DNA of 63,799 bases, filler included, from Octopus bimaculoides (Eukaryota), in the NCBI RefSeq assembly GCF_001194135.2. It is 7 parts of 6 records of this genome, joined end to end, with 100 filler letters (N's around TTAATTAATTAA, not from the genome) between each part and the next. Parts side by side here need not be neighbours in the genome. Positions count along the whole stretch, not along the records: positions 17,384 to 49,149 come from NC_069004.1; positions 49,250 to 57,012 come from NC_068984.1; 5 more parts are not named here. One strand, given 5' to 3'. Under the pieces are notes generated by a model. It worked only from the letters and a program-made list of their open reading frames with translations, did no database searches and was not told the DNA's origin. Within the stretch, counting starts at the first letter, position 1. The number at the start of each line of letters is the position of its first letter. The position numbers and the translations under genes are program-made. Of the stretch, positions 36,725 through 49,308 are shown piece after piece.

Positions 36725-37250
36725 GTGATACAACTGACCAGCACCATCACTAGACCAATAGCATCTGCACCACAACCGCCACTGCCACTACCACCTACTA
36801 GCACCAGCAACATTACCCACCCACCACAACCAGCAGCACGTTACCACACCACTAGTACTACCGCCATCATTACAACTGCCCAGCAGGAGCATCACTATGA
36901 TGGCAACGATGATGACCACCACCACCACCAACATCATCAGCAGCATTGTCATTGCTTCCACTTCAACCACATACACCGTCATCAACGTTATCATGACGGT
37001 TACCTTGATAGTCACTTTCACCACCACAACCAGTATAACCACTGCAATACCACCATCACACAACTAACACCATCATCAACACCACTATTATCACCATCAC
37101 ACTGCTCCTGTCGTCATTATAACCACCGATACTATTTTATCCTCCTCCAACACTTATCTCGACCATCGTCATCATCAACACTGTATCTGTTTTCACCACA
37201 ATCATTGTCAAAACTACAATTACCACAATCAGTTTCTTTACACTGTTGAA
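36725..37250. repeat. Degenerate (CAC/CAT/ACC)n low-complexity tract
   Basis: Triplet-rich. The T/H/P-biased ORF is a by-product. Confidence 0.8.
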
Positions 37251-37572
37251 AATCCATTATCCGATACTCATGGGACCAAGATTGTTGCAGATTTTTGATT
37301 TTTCTAATTTCAGAGTTCTTTATAAAAAAAAAAATTGCATCTGCAAAACAGAACAGTTTGAGGCTAGAAACCAGGTCTAAACACAATAACTTATAGACAT
37401 ACTGTGAATGTAGTTCTATATAAATCTTTAATAAATTTTTTTATACTTAAGACCATCAGAAATGTTAAGATATCAGCCTCTACCCACGTTGTCATGCTTT
37501 GATTAATAGGTTACAGCATAGATTAGATTACTTAGATAAGTTTCGGCCAAAGTTGACTCAGGNNNNNNNNNN

Positions 37573-38000
37573 TGGAAGAGATACACAGTTAGCTCTGGGG
37601 AACCATAGCCCATTCAAGCAGAGGGTTATTGTTTTCAGAGACATATCTGGGTGCAGGTGGTTTATCTAGTATTTGTTGTGAGTAATCATCTAGGGATCGT
37701 TTGAATGCCGTGAAGTCACTTTCCTCTTTTATGTGTGTCTGGCACGATGTTGAAGAGAGCAAGGCCAATTGAGTTGAAATAGTTCTGTCATAGTATTGTA
37801 ATATGACATGAACATTTCTGTAGTGGACAGATGGCACAGGGGCCAAGCCTCAGACGAATTTTAAAGATGGGCAATGTTGATGGAATATTTTCTACATCAT
37901 ACAGAAGATATAGAGCTCACAGCGGCAGTGGAGGGAGCAAAGCCTGAGGTTTTTGAGTCGATCCCAATAGTCAAGGTTTGTCATGTCATTCTCTGCCAAG
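37573..38000 (-). mobile_element. CR1-group LINE 3' fragment
   Basis: DYWDRLKNLRLCSL..KIFHQHCP and FKRSLDDYSQQILDKPPAPRYVSENNN. Confidence 0.8.
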
Positions 38001-38026
38001 CAGTTAATTTTAAGATAGATACACAA

Positions 38027-38596
38027 GTAAAATTACTAATAGAGAAACGAAAATAAACTTTGGAATCAGCAACGCCACCATAGGTAACGTGGAAACGATG
38101 AACGTGTTTTCAAGGGAGATAATCAAAGAACGTAATGTAATACTTCATGTAAAGCAGATATAACAAAATGAAGGTGGCGAGCTAGCAGAATCATTAGCAA
38201 GCCGGGCGAAATGCTTAGCGGTATTTCGTCTGCCGTTACGTTCTGAGTTCAAATTCTGCCGAGGTCGACTTTGCATTTCATCCTTTCGGGGTCGATAAAT
38301 TAAGTACCAGTTATGCACTGGGGTCGATGTAATCAACTTAATCCCTTTGTCTGTCCCCTCTATGTTTAGCCCCTTGTGGGCAATAAAGAAATAAGATATA
38401 ACAAATGAAAGATCCTTCAAGAATCCATAAAAATTCCCAGATCACTACCAAAATTTCATCATGTGTTCCTTGTGTCATTACCAACTTTTCCTGCAAGTTT
38501 CATCAAATACCGTTCACAACTTTTTGAGTCATTTTGCACACAGACAGACAAACCAACACCGATGAAAACATAACCTCCTTCCTTGGCGGAGGTAAT
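38027..38596 (-). mobile_element. Helentron 5' terminus and leader, interrupted by a SINE
   Basis: Minus strand begins ATTACCTCCGCCAAGGAAGGAGGTTATGTTTTC (ACCTCC/GGAGGT palindrome) followed by (GTCT)n. Segment 38027-38153 is homologous to 36349-36494, upstream of the RepHel ORF. Confidence 0.72.
38173..38393 (+). mobile_element. Full-length SINE (second family) with target-site duplication
   Basis: Flanked by AGATATAACAAA(A)TGAA at 38156-38172 and 38394-38409. Confidence 0.9.
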
Positions 38597-38986
38597 TATG
38601 TTACCTTATTTAATGCTGTAATAAATATTTTCCGTTTTGACTAATTTCATTTTATTGCCTGTGTTACAAACACTTTCTACTGAAAAATAAACAGGCTTAA
38701 CCCTTGCTTCATGACTATATTTACGATCCCATCAGTGTATCTTATTAAACAATACTTCCTCTTCATTACACAATACTAAATTTTAGTGCCATAAACACCT
38801 ACATACCTTATAAATGCTGTGTTTACTTGCTTAAATTTCTATTTCTTAGTAGTATAAATGCCTATTTTAGTGTCATAAATACCTATATTTAGTCCTTTAA
38901 TTGCTTGACATACATGCCTCTTTTTAAGTGCCTCAATGTTCTGTCCTTAGTGATAACGCTAAGACCATCTTATTTCTATTATATTT

Positions 38987-39600
38987 ATGAGACTTTCCCA
39001 AGATCAGCAAATGCATGCTGCAGCATGTCAAATGGGGTCTCAAGAGAGAAGGAAGATGAGACTTTTTCAAGATCAGCAAAGGCAGGCTGCAGCACTTAAT
39101 GCGGAATCATTAAAACAACGTTTTCATGATTAGACAGAGGTCCAATAGAACAGTTCTCACAAACAGACCATGTACAAATTCATTCTTCACAACTACAGCT
39201 GCTTCCAGATATGATCCATGCCATTCTTATGAAAATGATAATTTTGTCCAAATTGGTATGTAAAGCTTTAAAATTTCCAAATGAAACTAATGGAATGTGC
39301 TGTTCAAGTGCAATGTAAGATTGCCAGCACCACCAGCTCCTCCTCAATCTCTAATGGATCTTCTGAAAGGCACTTCCATCCAGTCAAAGGATTTTCTGAA
39401 CAATATCAGACAACTCTGCATTTCAAATGACATCGTTTGGTGCATCTAAGGAGATAGTGGAACATGGATTTACGCTGACGTTCAAAGTTCAAGAGTAAGT
39501 CTATCACCTCATTGCTTCCCTGTTACCCACAAATGAATGACCACAGTTCCTCTGAATTTACTTTATGACTGATGTAGGACAACAAACCCAAAGGAGGTGT
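38987..39600 (+). mobile_element. Decayed Helitron1-type RepHel N-terminal fragment
   Basis: MRLSQDQQ repeats, KALKFPNETNGMCCSS, DFLNNIRQ, SAFQMTSFGA, TFKVQ..VYHLIASLLP and QFL*IYF can be read across frameshifts. Confidence 0.82.
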
Positions 39601-39935
39601 CAAAACTTCGGATAATAGGTCATGAGAGACACAGCGCCAACTACGGCAAAGGAGAATATATCCACTGACAGCTTTGCAGTGCGTTCAAAAATCACATAGC
39701 TCCCCAACAATTTTCCATGGCAGGTTAGAGCCTGGAATACTCCAAACAAACATATTACATATCACTTAGTCGAATTAGCCCATCATTTACTCCACAAATG
39801 TTTTGTCGTCAACGCTGCACTTTCCCATATCATCTGTTTCAACATAACTGTAATATATATATATACAGACTACGCTATTTTAATCCCAAGAAACGCTGGG
39901 TATCTCTGCTAGTTAAAAAATAAATATTGTATAAA

Positions 39936-42734
39936 CAGTAGTGGCCAAAATTAGAGAAGGAAAATAATAAAAAAAAAGATATTTATATTTCTACTTCATT
40001 TTTCCGAATGGGATTTTTACTGTATATACTTTAAAGCATGTTCATTCTTTACAATAACTTTTGTAGGAAGTGAGTAATAACTAAATAATGAATAATAGAA
40101 TATATGTTTATTTGAAAAATACAAGATGGACAAAATTAGAGAACATATGACATAAAATTCAAGAAATCAAAATTTTACCAGAAATGTTTACAATCCACAT
40201 CAATATATTAATAAGATGTATCAGTTGTGGTGTGCAAGAGAGACGACTGCGCTGGTATGGTCATGTAGTGAGATTGGATGAGGATAGCTGTGTGAAAAAG
40301 TGCCACACCCTAGCAGTTGAGGGAACCTGTGGAAGAGGTAGGCCCAGGAAGACCTGGGATGAGGTGGTGAGGCATGACCTTCGAACTTTGGACCTCACCA
40401 AGGCGATGACTTCTGACCGAGACCTTTGGAAATATGCTGTGCGTGAGAAGACCCGGCAAGCCAAGTGAGACCTAAATCTAAGGCCTCAGCCAGTCCACTT
40501 ATGTGTACCTTCCTTCATTGGACACCAAACTTCACTTGCGAAGACCTGTTGAGGCAAGTGAAATCGAAATCGAGTNNNNNNNNNNNNNNNNNNNNNNNNN
40601 NNNNNNNNNNNNNNNNNNNNNNNNNNNNNNNNNNNNNNNNNNNNNNNNNNNNNNNNNNNNNNNNNNNNNNNNNNNNNNNNNNNNNNNNNNNNNNNNNNNN
40701 NNNNNNNNNNNNNNNNNNNNNNNNNNNNNNNNNNNNNNNNNNNNNNNNNNNNNNNNNNNNNNNNNNNNNNNNNNNNNNNNNNNNNNNNNNNNNNNNNNNN
40801 NNNNNNNNNNNNNNNNNNNNNNNNNNNNNNNNNNNNNNNNNNNNNNNNNNNNNNNNNNNNNNNNNNNNNNNNNNNNNNNNNNNNNNNNNNNNNNNNNNNN
40901 NNNNNNNNNNNNNNNNNNNNNNNNNNNNNNNNNNNNNNNNNNNNNNNNNNNNNNNNNNNNNNNNNNNNNNNNNNNNNNNNNNNNNNNNNNNNNNNNNNNN
41001 NNNNNNNNNNNNNNNNNNNNNNNNNNNNNNNNNNNNNNNNNNNNNNNNNNNNNNNNNNNNNNNNNNNNNNNNNNNNNNNNNNNNNNNNNNNNNNNNNNNN
41101 NNNNNNNNNNNNNNGCCGTTGCCAGTACCGCCTGACTGGCCTTTGTAGGATTTTCGAGCGAGATCGTTGTCAGCGCCCCTGGACTGGCTCTTGTGCGGGT
41201 GGCACATAAAATACACCATCTTGAGTGTGGCCGTTGCCAGTACCGCCTGACTGGCCTTCGTGCGGGTGACATGTAAAAGCACCCACTACACTCTCTGAGT
41301 GGTTGGCGTTAGGAAGGGCATCCAACCATAGAAACTCTGCCTAATCAGATTGGAGCCTGGTATAGCCATCTGGTTTCACCAGTCCTCAGTCAAATCGTCC
41401 AACCCATGCTAGCATGGAAAGCCGACGTTAAACGATGATGATGATGATGATGATGATGTACATTCCTTTACTTTTAATGACTTCAGCACATCTCTGTCCA
41501 CAGGATTTGACCAATTTCTCACATTGTTCTGGTGCAATTTTATTTCATTCTTTCTGAAGTTTTTCCTACAAAATCATAACATTCAGAGGTCAGTGCTCTC
41601 TGTTCTTATCACTAAGTTTTCAATGGGATTAAGGGCTCTGAACTTACCAATGCATCGCAGTAATGTTTTCAGCGTCAAACACCTCCTTAACTATTTTGGC
41701 ACTGTAACATAGTGCATTACCCTACATAAAGATTGGCTGACTTGTTAGAGATGACCTCATAGCTGGCACAACATGCTGCAGAGCGATGTTTTTGTATATA
41801 GCTGCATTGACATTATTACCATGGATCTGGATCAAAGGCTCAAAACCTGCTGCAGAAATCATTCCCCACACCATTAAAAACCCACATACAAACTTCACTG
41901 ATTTCTTCAAGCCTTTAGTGGGAAATCTTTCACATATCATCTACCATCAGAACCAACCAAACTGAAGAACACACATGACCAGTTGTCGTCCGTCTAAAGT
42001 ATGCACTCATTGGCACAGACTAACCTCACTTTTGGGTTCTTCATACTGATGAGAGATTTAATAGCAGGAGAAGAGGTAAGAAATCCAACTTCCTTCAAAC
42101 AACAAGCCATGTCTTCCAAGACACATTTATTCTATAATCACAATTTACTCAGTGAGAAATTCCTACAGCAGTACTGAAATGATTTCTTACTGACAGCCTC
42201 TGAATCGCACGGTCTTGCCAAACACTTGTTTTCTGTGGTCTCCCTCATTTTTCTAATGACACAAACGAACTTGTTTCTTCATAAAGCTAGAATATTCTTG
42301 AAACAACACTCTTTGATCTGTTAATGTCTTTGGTGATAGCAGAAATTGCCATTCCTTCTTTTTTCAATGTGACCACTTGCTTCTTGAGGCTTTCATCAGC
42401 TTGCCATTGGCTTTCTATGGCTGTTAATTCACTACTGTTCAATATAAATCTTTGCACTGTTAGATCAACTTAGTTTACATCGATAGGAGTGTTGTTAGAT
42501 TCTACTTTTTGAATTTTACGCCATACGTTCTCTAATTTCTGTCCATCTTGTATTTTTCAAATAAACATTTTCTCTTTTATAATTCATTTAGTTATCAATC
42601 ACTTCCAACAAAAGTTATTGTAAATAATGAACATGCTTTAAAGTATATACAGTAAAAATCCCATTCAGAAAAATGAAGTAGACATGTAAATATCTTTAAA
42701 TTTCATTTTCGTTCTCTAATTTTGGCAACTACTG
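39936..42734 (-). mobile_element. Tc1-family (DD34E) transposon with ~230-bp IR/DR-type TIRs, interrupted by an RTE fragment
   Basis: CAGTAGT(G/T)GCCAAAATTAGAGAA at both ends and an inner repeat AAATTAGAGAAC. Minus-strand GRPQKT, MVWGMISAAG and LNPIEN motifs. Confidence 0.88.
40221..41454 (+). mobile_element. RTE-clade LINE 3' fragment inserted in the Tc1 element
   Basis: RRLRWYGHVVR..GRGRPRKTW..W, tandem CCGTTGCCAGTACCGCCTGACTGGCC units and a (GAT)n tail. GATGTA lies on both sides. Spans a gap. Confidence 0.88.
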
Positions 42735-42775
42735 TAAGATGGTGGATGTAACTATATAAATAGACATGTATACAA

Positions 42776-42815
<40 letters not shown>

Positions 42816-42825
42816 NNNNNNNNNN

Positions 42826-42870
<45 letters not shown>

Positions 42871-42934
42871 ATCCGTATATATATAGCTACAGTACATCTA
42901 TATATATATAACTACATATATAACTACAATACAT

Positions 42935-43110
42935 CTATATATATATAAAATACCCTGTCTGTGTGTGTCCTCTATGCACGTTCAAACCTCTGGATCAATC
43001 TGTACCATATTTGGGGTATATGAATAATTTGACCTTGGAAAGAATAATACAGTCTTGATTTATTTTTTTTATCAAAAATAAATAATATCGCTTTATATAT
43101 CTAATAAAGA
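42935..43110 (+). mobile_element. Probable non-autonomous Helitron-type element
   Basis: TCTATATATATAAAA start, (GTCT/GT) tract, then GGATCAATCTGTACCATATTTGG; resembles 48770-49110. Confidence 0.4.
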
Positions 43111-43664
43111 TTCACTTCTTCAAATGTTCTGACATAGTAACTAAGTAACCAGCTATTTACACACACATACATGTATGTATACATTATTACAGTTATGGTG
43201 GCTTCTGATAAAAAAGAATTTCTAAAGGTACTTTCATTTTTTATATTCTTCTCCAGCTTTCTATTTGTATATCTGTACATACAGGTTCATTTCTGTAAAA
43301 ATTTTCCAATGTGAACAGGTCTGCTTCATATTTAACTACTACCACCACAATGACTACTATCACCGCTAACCACTACCATTCCTACTTTACTACTATCACC
43401 ACGACAACTAAAAGTTCTGTCGCTAATACTAATACTACAAATACTACTACTGCCACCAACTCCACAACGACTACTACTATCATCATCATCATCATCATCA
43501 TCATCATTATTTATTGAGCTGACAGAATTGTTAGCACACCATGCGAAATACTTAGTGGTATTTCCTCTGTCTCTACATTCTGAGTTTAAATTCCACTGAA
43601 GTTGATTTTGCCTTTCATATGTCAACAGTTCTGTTTTATATATATAAGACATATATTTGTGTGT

Positions 43665-44460
43665 GTGCCCTCTATGGACGGCCAAACTGCTGGTGCAATG
43701 GTCAATGATCTTATAATGCATGTGCTCCTAAACATTGCACAAATCTTTAGCAACAGTCAATGGCTCTCCACGAGGGCCTTGAATGTGTTTTCCCCGACCA
43801 TTACCTCAACTACAGGTAGCAAATGCACCAGCACCTCTACTCATTTGCGAGCGAAGTTTCAGAGGCAGCAACTTCCCCATGCCCTTTACCTTGGCTGCAA
43901 TTTTGGGCGATATGCCCATTCTGTTTGCACCAGTAGCAAACTGGTCTGGGCTCTGTGCAGTCTCTCACCATGTGCAGTCTCTCACCATGTGCAGTCTCTC
44001 ACCATGTGCAGTCTCTCACCATGTGCAGTCTCTCACCATGTGCAGTCTCTCACCATGTGCAGTCTCTGGCACTTAAAACACCGGCCTGTGAACAGCCACC
44101 GTTGTTCCACAGCAGGTCTCTTTTCATCTTTCACTGGCTTCTGCAACTGCTATCACCACTGCCTTCCACCCAGTGTTTTGTGTCAACACGTGGGTTTGAA
44201 CAATGAGCTTGATCATCGCTATTTTGTTGCTGCCTGGCAATTGTTGTAGCTGCACCAACACATCGTTGGGAAAGCCATACACAAAGGCCAGTCATGCTAC
44301 TCTCCCTCTGTGTAAGTCTCTCTCAAGTGCTGCACGATCTTTGCTGTGCTCAGTTCTTCATTCATTTCGAGGTACAGTGCCAGTGTGCTCCCCTCCATAT
44401 AAGGTGTCATGAAGCTTGCTACATCTTCTTCTTCGCTGCCATCATATGTTAGGGGACAAC
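43665..44460 (-). mobile_element. Ty3/gypsy-like gag-protease relic
   Basis: Minus strand: YMEGSTLALYLEM, GFPNDVLVQLQQLPG, two zinc knuckles CFKCQRLHMVRDC and CYWCKQNGHIAQNC, then VEVMVGENTFKALVES (degenerate protease motif). Confidence 0.75.
43954..44067. repeat. Perfect 17-bp minisatellite, 6.7 copies (TGTGCAGTCTCTCACCA)
   Basis: Seen directly. No spacers. Confidence 0.97.
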
Positions 44461-44674
44461 GACATCTATATACAATTGCCGAAAAATAAATGACGGAGAA
44501 ATATTATGATGAACTTTATTTAACAATAAAGATGTTTATTGTTAAATAAAGTTTGTCATAATATTTCTCATAAGATTTATATCATATTCTCCATATTCTT
44601 TTCTCATGTATATTACTATATAGTTTGTGCTCTGAAAAACTAAGGACCTTTTTTATGAGCACTACCAGGTTACT

Positions 44675-44711
<37 letters not shown>

Positions 44712-44861
44712 NNNNNNNNNNNNNNNNNNNNNNNNNNNNNNNNNNNNNNNNNNNNNNNNNNNNNNNNNNNNNNNNNNNNNNAATTGGATATTAATTTAAT
44801 TAACACCAATTTAAAACCAGTGGCCTAGCATAAAGAAAATTCTGAAAAATTATATTACATA

Positions 44862-45098
44862 CATGTGAGAAGGGATGACCACTAAGTGGACATCCTTTAC
44901 GCTAGAAATCGACCATCAACAGTTAAACCACAAAAGAAAAGACTAATTCTTTATTTTTGTATATTTTCATTTGTCTTGTTCGTGTTCTGGTGTGCGCTGA
45001 ATTTCCCTGGAGAACATTCTTTTCTTTTGTGGTTTGACCGTTGATGGTCAATTTCTAGCGTAAAGGATGTCTACTTAGTGGTCATCCCTTCTCACATG
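44862..45098. mobile_element. 237-bp foldback/MITE with 81-bp terminal inverted repeats
   Basis: CATGTGAGAAGGGATGACCACTAAG...CTTAGTGGTCATCCCTTCTCACATG with TA on both sides. Confidence 0.85.
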
Positions 45099-47512
45099 TA
45101 TATATATACATATATATAATGGTAATGGTGAAGGTGGAATCAGTGGTCACCAGTGTAACAGTTACTGTTGTTGCAGATGTGCAAGATGAAAGAAGAACAA
45201 TAATTGAAGTTGTAGAGAACTATTTATTTATTGTTACTTAATATAATGCCATGCCTCGATGGGCAGGTGTGATATAATTGAAAGAGTAAGTGAGGTTAAG
45301 AAAGTTAATTTCAGCCTACAATAATGTTCTTATTATAGGAAGCTATAGATGGTGATAGAATGATGTTGTAAGAGAAAAGAAATTGAGCTAATGAAAGTTA
45401 TAGAGTCAAGGGAAGTTGTGTCTCGTAGTTGGCTGATTGTAACCTTTCTCCCTCTGTTTGGTCTCAAGTGGCTGCTGCTTGTGACCATGACTCTAGTTGT
45501 CCATTCACTAACTGATTTTGCCTTACCAAATTCTAGTTTTTATAACTATGCAAAACCAGCCAGAAGAGTAGACACATTTTTGAGAACAACAGATTTTGTT
45601 GGGGTGTGTTATGGCCTAGCAGAGGTCAGAAGAGTCAAGTGGAAAAGACATTATTCTGCTTAACGAATGCATCTGATAAATGCAACTGCTGTCACTCAGA
45701 GAAAAACTATTATTTTATCGTGAGAAAAGTGCTGTTGAACTGTTAAGTGAATTTTGGCAATCGAGGATCAAATCCACACCATGTCTGCATGAAGTCACCA
45801 CATCACTCCCCATCCAGAGAGGTTCCAGGAAAAGGAAACGAACGATTGAGGAAGAGAAAGAAATGCATATCAGGAGAGAGGTTCATTGAAGTGTATACGG
45901 GACAATTTTCTGTTCAAATAAGTCTGAATAGCGGTGTCACTTTGCGTGACAAAATGTGCAGTCAGTGACTGGGCAATACGGAAAATGAGTTAGCGCATGC
46001 GTGTGAGGTCGTATACATGGGTGCAGGTGCACGTATCAAAATTCACTGTAAAATAAGCTCAGGTGAGCAATGAGTGTATTCTCAATCCATGATATCAAAG
46101 ATCTTCCTGCAGGATTGCAGTATGTGAAATGCTTTGAAGGTTTTTCAGAAGTGAAATGTATCTGTTATTGTTGTGGGGAATTGCTGAGGTTAGCAAGAAT
46201 GACAGAGTAGCATGCTGGAGTGATGCGTGAGACAGATAATTTTCTCCATTCATTATATGACCAAACAGGTCTAACAGAGGGAAATTAAGTCGAACAAGAG
46301 TGTAAAGCATGTGAACATTTGACGTGTATTGAGTCGGGAAAAGAGTTAAGCTGGCACAGACGTGTTGAAAAACAAGGCGGTAGAGGCATGATAGAGTTGT
46401 GTGTACACGTGTGCAAAAGAGAGGGAAAGGAACATCACCTTTCAAGTAACTCAGAATAGGTAAAGGTAAGCTTGCCAAAGTTTAATGCAGTTTAAATAAG
46501 TAGATTAAGATAGTTTGGTATTGAATATTCATCGCATAGTGTTCCTACTCAACTGAATCACCGTTGTAGGTGGACAGCAGAAATAAATAGACAAAATCCT
46601 TTCACTTTTATAAAAAGATGAAAAAAGTATGGAAAACCCTACATACAAAAAACTATGCCCATTTATGTCCAATTACGCAGGAGCTCTGGGCAAAATGTTA
46701 TAATGCATAACCATCCTTGGGACATAAGTAATGGATGAATAAAGTTTGGTGAAAATCGGTTGAGAATTGTGGAAATGCTTGTGTTAGTCATTATATACAC
46801 ACATGCTGTGATATACTAGATATATCCTCATAAAAAGCAAAGTTTGTTTGTAGGTTGACCGCTGAAATCACTAAATACATTTGATAATATTTCAGGTTTT
46901 ATGTGTCATTTAAATTAATTTGACTATTCCACAGATGACTGCATTTATTTTCCGAAAATGGATTGGGCGGAGCCAAGTTGGTGGGGTATTGGTTCCTATT
47001 TCTAGCAATCCATGTACTGTTTATTTCACTGTAATGTCTATATCTATCTATCTGCATCCTTATAAAAAGCAAAGTTTGTTTGTATAGGGACAATTGAAAA
47101 CATTAGATAAAATTAATAATATTTTCACCGTAATGCTTTTTACAGATAGGGCATACCTACATGAGCACCCCACCAAATTTGTTTCTTCACAACTTTACTG
47201 AAATGGATATTTTCAAATATAATTTTCTACAAATGTGCGTGTAATATGCAACTAATGTGCAACTAAACAGAAATTTGTTGTGGAAACCTTTTTCACTCCC
47301 ATCAAATCCAAATCGTTTCAATTTTCCAAAACTGATCTCCCGACTTGCAGAAAATGTTTTTCACAACAAATTCCAATATAATCATTATCTCTAAGTCATC
47401 CAAAACGTTTTTGTATAAAATTTCATTAGAAAATATACATTTTTCTGAAAGTTATGAAACAAATTCTGTGGGGCAAAGTTGTGTAGTTATGGCTGTAAAT
47501 AAACATTTATAT

Positions 47513-48050
47513 AAGCGCAGGAGTGGCTGTGTAGTAAGAAGCTTGCTTACCAACCACATAGCTCTGGGTTCAGTCCCAACTGTGTGACACCTTGGGCAAG
47601 TGTCTTCTACTATAGCCTCAGGCCAATCAAAGCTTTGTGAGTGGATTTGGTGGACAGAAACTGAAAGAAGCCCATCACGTGTGTGTGTGTGTGTGTGGAG
47701 GTGCAATGGCCCAGTGGTTAGGGCAGCGGACTCACGGTTGTGGGATTGCAGTTTCAATTTCCAAACTGGGCGTTGAGTGTTTATTGAGTGAAAATACCTA
47801 AAATTCCACAAGGCTATGGCAATGGGTGATGGCAAACCCTACTGTATTCTTTCACAACTTTCTCACACCCTTTCTTCCTGTTTTTGTTGTACCTGTATTT
47901 CAAAGGGCCAACCTTCTCATATTCTGTGTCACGCTGAATCTCCCCGAGGACTATGTTAAGGGTACACGTGTCTGTGGAGTGCTCAGCCACTAACACGTTC
48001 TGTTGATCAGATCAACTGGAACCCTCGTTGTCGTAACTGACGGAGTGCCA
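47513..48050 (+). mobile_element. Two adjacent tRNA-headed SINE 5' parts
   Basis: A/B-box-like TGGCTGTGTAGTAAG..GGTTCAGTCCC and TGGCCCAGTGGTTAGG heads, followed by SINE bodies seen elsewhere in the window. Confidence 0.7.
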
Positions 48051-48769
48051 TGAATATACATATATCATCATAATCATCGTTTAACGTCTGCTTTCCATGC
48101 TGGCATGGGTTGGATGGTTTGACTGAGAACTGGCAAGCCAGGAGGCTGCACGAGGCTCTAATCTCATCTGGCAAGGTTTCTACAGCTGGATACCCTTCCT
48201 AACGCCAACCACTCCAAGAGTGTAGTGGGTGCTTGCTACATGTCTCCGGCTCAGAAGTCAGTCAGGTAGCACTGGCAACGACCACACTTGAATGGTGCTT
48301 TTTACATGCCACTGGCACAAGTGTATGTCAGGCGGTACTGGCATCAGCCATGACAATGATTTCACTTGACTCAACAGGTCTTCTTAGGCACAGTATATTG
48401 CCCAATGACTGAACGGTACTTTTAAACGGGCCAGTTATGCGACACTGGCTATGATCTCACTTATGTGTGTATAGCTACAATCTCACTTATGTGTGTATTT
48501 GTGTTGGTGTGGGGGTTGATTTCTCCAACTAAAGGCAGTGCTCCAACATGGCCACAATCAAATGACTGAAACAAGTAAGAGTAAAAGAATAAAATATACA
48601 TACATGCAGGAAAACTGACATTCTTACATATTCATTCTGACATATAAACATAACAGACGTATATATCTACAGATACCTACATATACATACATTCCTGTAT
48701 TTTTAAACATGTAGCTCATACATGTAAACTTTTATAATGTATTAGTTACACACACACACATATATCTAT

Positions 48770-49110
48770 ATATATAAAAATGAGAATGTGTCTGTCTGTC
48801 TGTCTGTCTGTCTATCTGTCTGTCTGTGTGAATCCCTAAAACTCGAGAACTACGCAACCAATTTCATTCAAATTTTACACATGCCTTATTTAGGGTTCCA
48901 GTTGTGTTTTAGTCAAAAAAAATTATTAATTTCTTGCAGAGTTCGAGCACACGGCAACATAATATCTCCTCCACTATTTAAGTATTACGTGTCAAAAGTG
49001 AAACAAAAACACTCATGTCAAATACTTTCACTTTAAAAATGAAACTATTCCACTAACTGAAACAATCACATTTCGATACTGTAGTGACAGATACTTTCAC
49101 AGAGAGAGAA
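48770..49110 (+). mobile_element. Probable non-autonomous Helitron-type element
   Basis: TCTATATATATAAAA start, (GTCT)n, then AACCAATTTCATTCAAATTTTACACATG (DINE/HINE-like layout). Confidence 0.5.
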
Positions 49111-49308
49111 AGAGAGAAAGAGAGAGACAGAAAGAGAGAGAGAGAGAGANNNNNNNNNNNNNNNNNNNNNNNNNNNNNNNNNNNNNNNNNNNNTTAATTA
49201 ATTAANNNNNNNNNNNNNNNNNNNNNNNNNNNNNNNNNNNNNNNNNNNNAAAATAAATACATATAAATATATATATATGCATATACATATATACATATAT
49301 ATATACAC

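Noticed and set aside
36725-37249. 174-aa His/Thr/Pro-rich ORF
   Set aside because: Translation of degenerate triplet repeats, with no domain signal or splice context.
43954-44067. Short direct-repeat array as a CRISPR
   Set aside because: Head-to-tail 17-mers with no spacers, in a eukaryotic retroelement, with no cas genes.
45391-46478. Several 70-130-aa ORFs on both strands
   Set aside because: No recognisable motifs, no consistent frame or exon chain; compatible with chance or very old repeat DNA.
47513-47780. tRNA genes
   Set aside because: A/B-box-like heads run straight into SINE bodies and do not fold into a cloverleaf.
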